Part shown: positions 61,365 to 64,000 of the stretch, in pieces
Layout of the letters: each line of letters begins with the position of its first letter
Numbering within the stretch: the first letter of the stretch is position 1
Translations under genes and position numbers: made by a program
Origin: Selaginella moellendorffii
Taxonomy: Eukaryota; Plantae; Lycopodiophyta
NCBI RefSeq assembly: GCF_000143415.4
Contig: NW_003314357.1
Span: forward strand, 124,001 to 188,000
Reading direction: 5' to 3'
DNA: 64,000 bases
Notes under the pieces: generated by a model
Seen by the model: only the letters and a program-made list of their open reading frames with translations
Databases searched by the model: none
Told to the model about the DNA's origin: nothing

Positions 61365-61615
61365 NNNNNNNNNNNNNNNNNNNNNNNNNNNNNNNNNNNN
61401 NNNNNNNNNNNNNNNNNNNNNNNNNNNNNNNNNNNNNNNNNNNNNNNNNNNNNNNNNNNNNNNNNNNNNNNNNNNNNNNNNNNNNNNNNNNNNNNNNNNN
61501 NNNNNNNNNNNNNNNNNNNNNNNNNNNNNNNNNNNNNNNNNNNNNNNNNNNNNNNNNNNNNNNNNNNNNNNNNNNNNNNNNNNNNNNNNNNNNNNNNNNN
61601 NNNNNNNNNNNNNNN
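61365..61615. other. Assembly gap (N run)
   Basis: 251 Ns. Confidence 1.
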
Positions 61616-62222
61616 TTAGCCTTTAGAGTTGGTCAAACAAGTCATCAATGCGAGGCAAGGATAACTGTTTTTAACTGTGATCTTGTTGAGTGCCCGATAG
61701 TCAATACACATCCTCATGGTTCCATCCTTTTTCATAACAAAAAGGACCGGCGCTCCATAAGGGGATTTACTTGGTCGGATATGACCTTTGTCAAAAAGCT
61801 CTGTGAGTTGCTTCTTGAGTTCAGCCATCTCCTTGATGTTCAGACGATACGGAGCCTTTGTAGGTGGTTTAGAACCCGGAATAACCTCAATCCGATGATC
61901 AACCTCACGGCTAGGGGGTAGCCCTGGCGGCAAATCCTTCGGAAAGATATCCTGATTCCTCGCCAACAACTCCAATATCCTTTTTGGTACAGGATCAACC
62001 CCGTCGCCGATTCGCACTGAGTCACCAATACCCTCAGCTTCCATCACTTGAACCCAAAAGGTTTGACATCCCCTCTTAGCTGCTTTTTGAGCGGCCCTCG
62101 CAGTCAGGAACTTTGCATCCCAATCTTTTGAGGAACGCTTTTGCAACTGAAAGGATACATCAGGATGTCCTTCTGACTTCAACGTGATACGACTTTGTCC
62201 AGCACCATAAATCCCTTTTATA
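61616..62222 (-). mobile_element. Inverted near-identical copy of pol segment 60594-61202
   Basis: Same peptide IKGIYGAGQ...ITVKNSYP on the minus strand, with a few substitutions and 1-bp deletions. Confidence 0.9.
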
Positions 62223-62289
62223 AACTCGGGAAGAATCGAGAAACAAACACTCGATTGAAGACTCAAGACATAAGAGCTTGACTTCGTAT

Positions 62290-64000
62290 TTATATGACAA
62301 AATACAAACCTGCAAAAGACTCAAGACATAAGAGCTTGACTATGCAATCTATGAAAAACAACATTTGATTCAACACACCGTAGATGAATCACAAAATTCA
62401 GGAAGTTTACCTCGGCATTTAAGTCGAGAAGATTTAGAAAACTGAATGCACAAACATAAACCAAACCCAATCAAGATCCGGGAAAGAGATCTTCGATAAA
62501 AGACTCGAGAAGTAAGAAAGGAAGAGATAGAAAAGGAAAAGTTAGAAGAACAGCAACAACAAATCTTAGAAACAATATTAGAGAAGTACGACAAAGACGA
62601 TAAACAAATTCAAGTACCCGAGTCAAGTAACTCGGCAGAAGACAAAGAAGAACCAAATATTGAAGACATCCCAGAGTTTGAGCCGTTTGAAGAGGCAAAA
62701 TTCACAGCACCAGAGTTTTACTCGTATCCTAATTCACCAGAAGAACAACTTATCCAACAAAGTCTACAACAACAAATGGCAATCATCAATCCAGCGATAG
62801 CTATAGGGAACATGATTTCCTATCCCATTTTTACCGGTGGAAAAACTGAAGATGCAAACTAGCATCTTAAACAATTTGATCAAATTGTAAAGATGAACAA
62901 ACAGGAAATGCATCGAGAAATACTTTTCCCATACACACTTAAAGGAAAAGCCTTCGATTGGCACAACACACTTGATGATGCGATGACCCATGATGAAAAG
63001 ATCACACAATTTAAAGAACAATTCCAGACTGGAGGAACTCAAGAAGAACACTATGAGATCATCAAGAACTTCAAACAAAAACCACGTGAAGGTATTCAAG
63101 ATTACACTCGAAGATTTAAGTTCCATGCAAAGCGTTGTAAGGATTTGATAACGGAAAAAGGAAAAAGCTTGTCCTATATACAAGGCCTTAAAGAAATCTA
63201 TAGAAACATGGTAGCACTCGCAGCTGCAGCAGAGAATCCGGATGAAGAAAATGTCGATACACTCTCCAAAGAAATCTTGACATTAGAAAAACGATTTAAG
63301 CAATTCACAAAAGCGGGACCTTCACAAACCGATGATAGTTCAGATGATGAAGAAGAGGAAGAAATCCGCATCAAGACAAAGAAGAAACCATAAAAAAGAA
63401 AACCAAGACTTGAAGGAAATAATCAGGAAAATCTCACAAACCGAACTCAAGGAAGGAGTGTGGTGTACAAAGTGTAAAAATGAAGGACATACATATTTGG
63501 AATGCAAATTTCAGCTTCCAAAATGTCAAATTTGCGATAGAGAAGACCATATAGCCAAGAATTGTCAATTTAGGAATACAATGGAAGTTTCAAGAATCGA
63601 GAATACTTCTCGTCGAGAGCCCAATCTTCGATATCAAGGAAACTCGAATCAAAATGCACGACCACCACGCAATGAACCTCCAAGATATAACAATTATTAT
63701 CAACGTGATGATAATTTGTACAATCAAAGAGGAAACTTTTACCGTCAGAACAATCGCAACTACAATAGAATACCCCCTCAAGATCAAAGACCAAACAACT
63801 ATTCTGGAAATTATGGAAGAAACTACAATACATATCAGCAACGTGATGGACCTCATGACAACTACCAATGTCCTCCCCCACGAAATTACAATTATGATCA
63901 AGAACCATATCGCAACTATAATCAAAGACCACCTCAAGCTCAAGGTTACAATTACAACCAGCGACCTACACCACAACAAGATAATCGACCTCGGCAACCT
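62290..64000 (+). mobile_element. Gag region of a non-chromovirus Ty3/Gypsy element (Athila/Tat-like), with stops
   Basis: IFTGGKTEDAN*HLKQF...LFPYTLKGKAFDWH...FKQKPREGIQDYTRRF; two zinc knuckles CTKCKNEGHTYLEC and CQICDREDHIAKNC; N/Q/Y-rich tail. Confidence 0.8.

Noticed and set aside
62258-62341. 26-bp direct repeat AAGACTCAAGACATAAGAGCTTGACT
   Set aside because: Ordinary local duplication in a retroelement leader.

Overview
Plant nuclear DNA. The very short (~50-70 nt) introns, very dense GC-rich gene cluster and PLS-PPR style point to a lycophyte such as Selaginella (inference). There are three blocks. (1) 1-20 kb is transposon-rich: a decayed hAT transposase, a Copia remnant, a truncated duplicate of the U-box gene, and a non-autonomous Ty3/Gypsy element (family A, 8466-19392) inserted into an older copy of its own family and carrying a nested element with a minisatellite. 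(2) 20-47 kb is a gene island: PB1 gene, U-box/ARM E3 ligase, sterol glucosyltransferase UGT80, PRP5/DDX46 helicase, an alpha-amylase with an unusual acidic tail, alpha/beta-hydrolase and ARP3 head-to-head with only 69 bp between start codons, a type-B response regulator, a PLS-E PPR, and a 2OG-Fe(II) oxygenase pseudogene with an internal 180-bp inversion. (3) 47-64 kb is nested retroelements: Cassandra-like TRIMs whose ~195-bp LTRs carry 5S rRNA promoter boxes (a solo LTR plus two tandem arrays, with TSDs), a chromovirus with ~111-bp LTRs, an AT-rich bulb-type lectin ORF, a tRNA-Arg-primed non-chromovirus element with extra 5' ORFs (one F-box-like), and a gag-pol-bearing family-A element interrupted by a MITE and an assembly gap. 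The top leads are the 5S-carrying TRIM arrays, the F-box-like retroelement ORF, the inverted oxygenase segment, the 69-bp bidirectional promoter and the acidic-tailed amylase. Exon boundaries and coordinates were read by eye.
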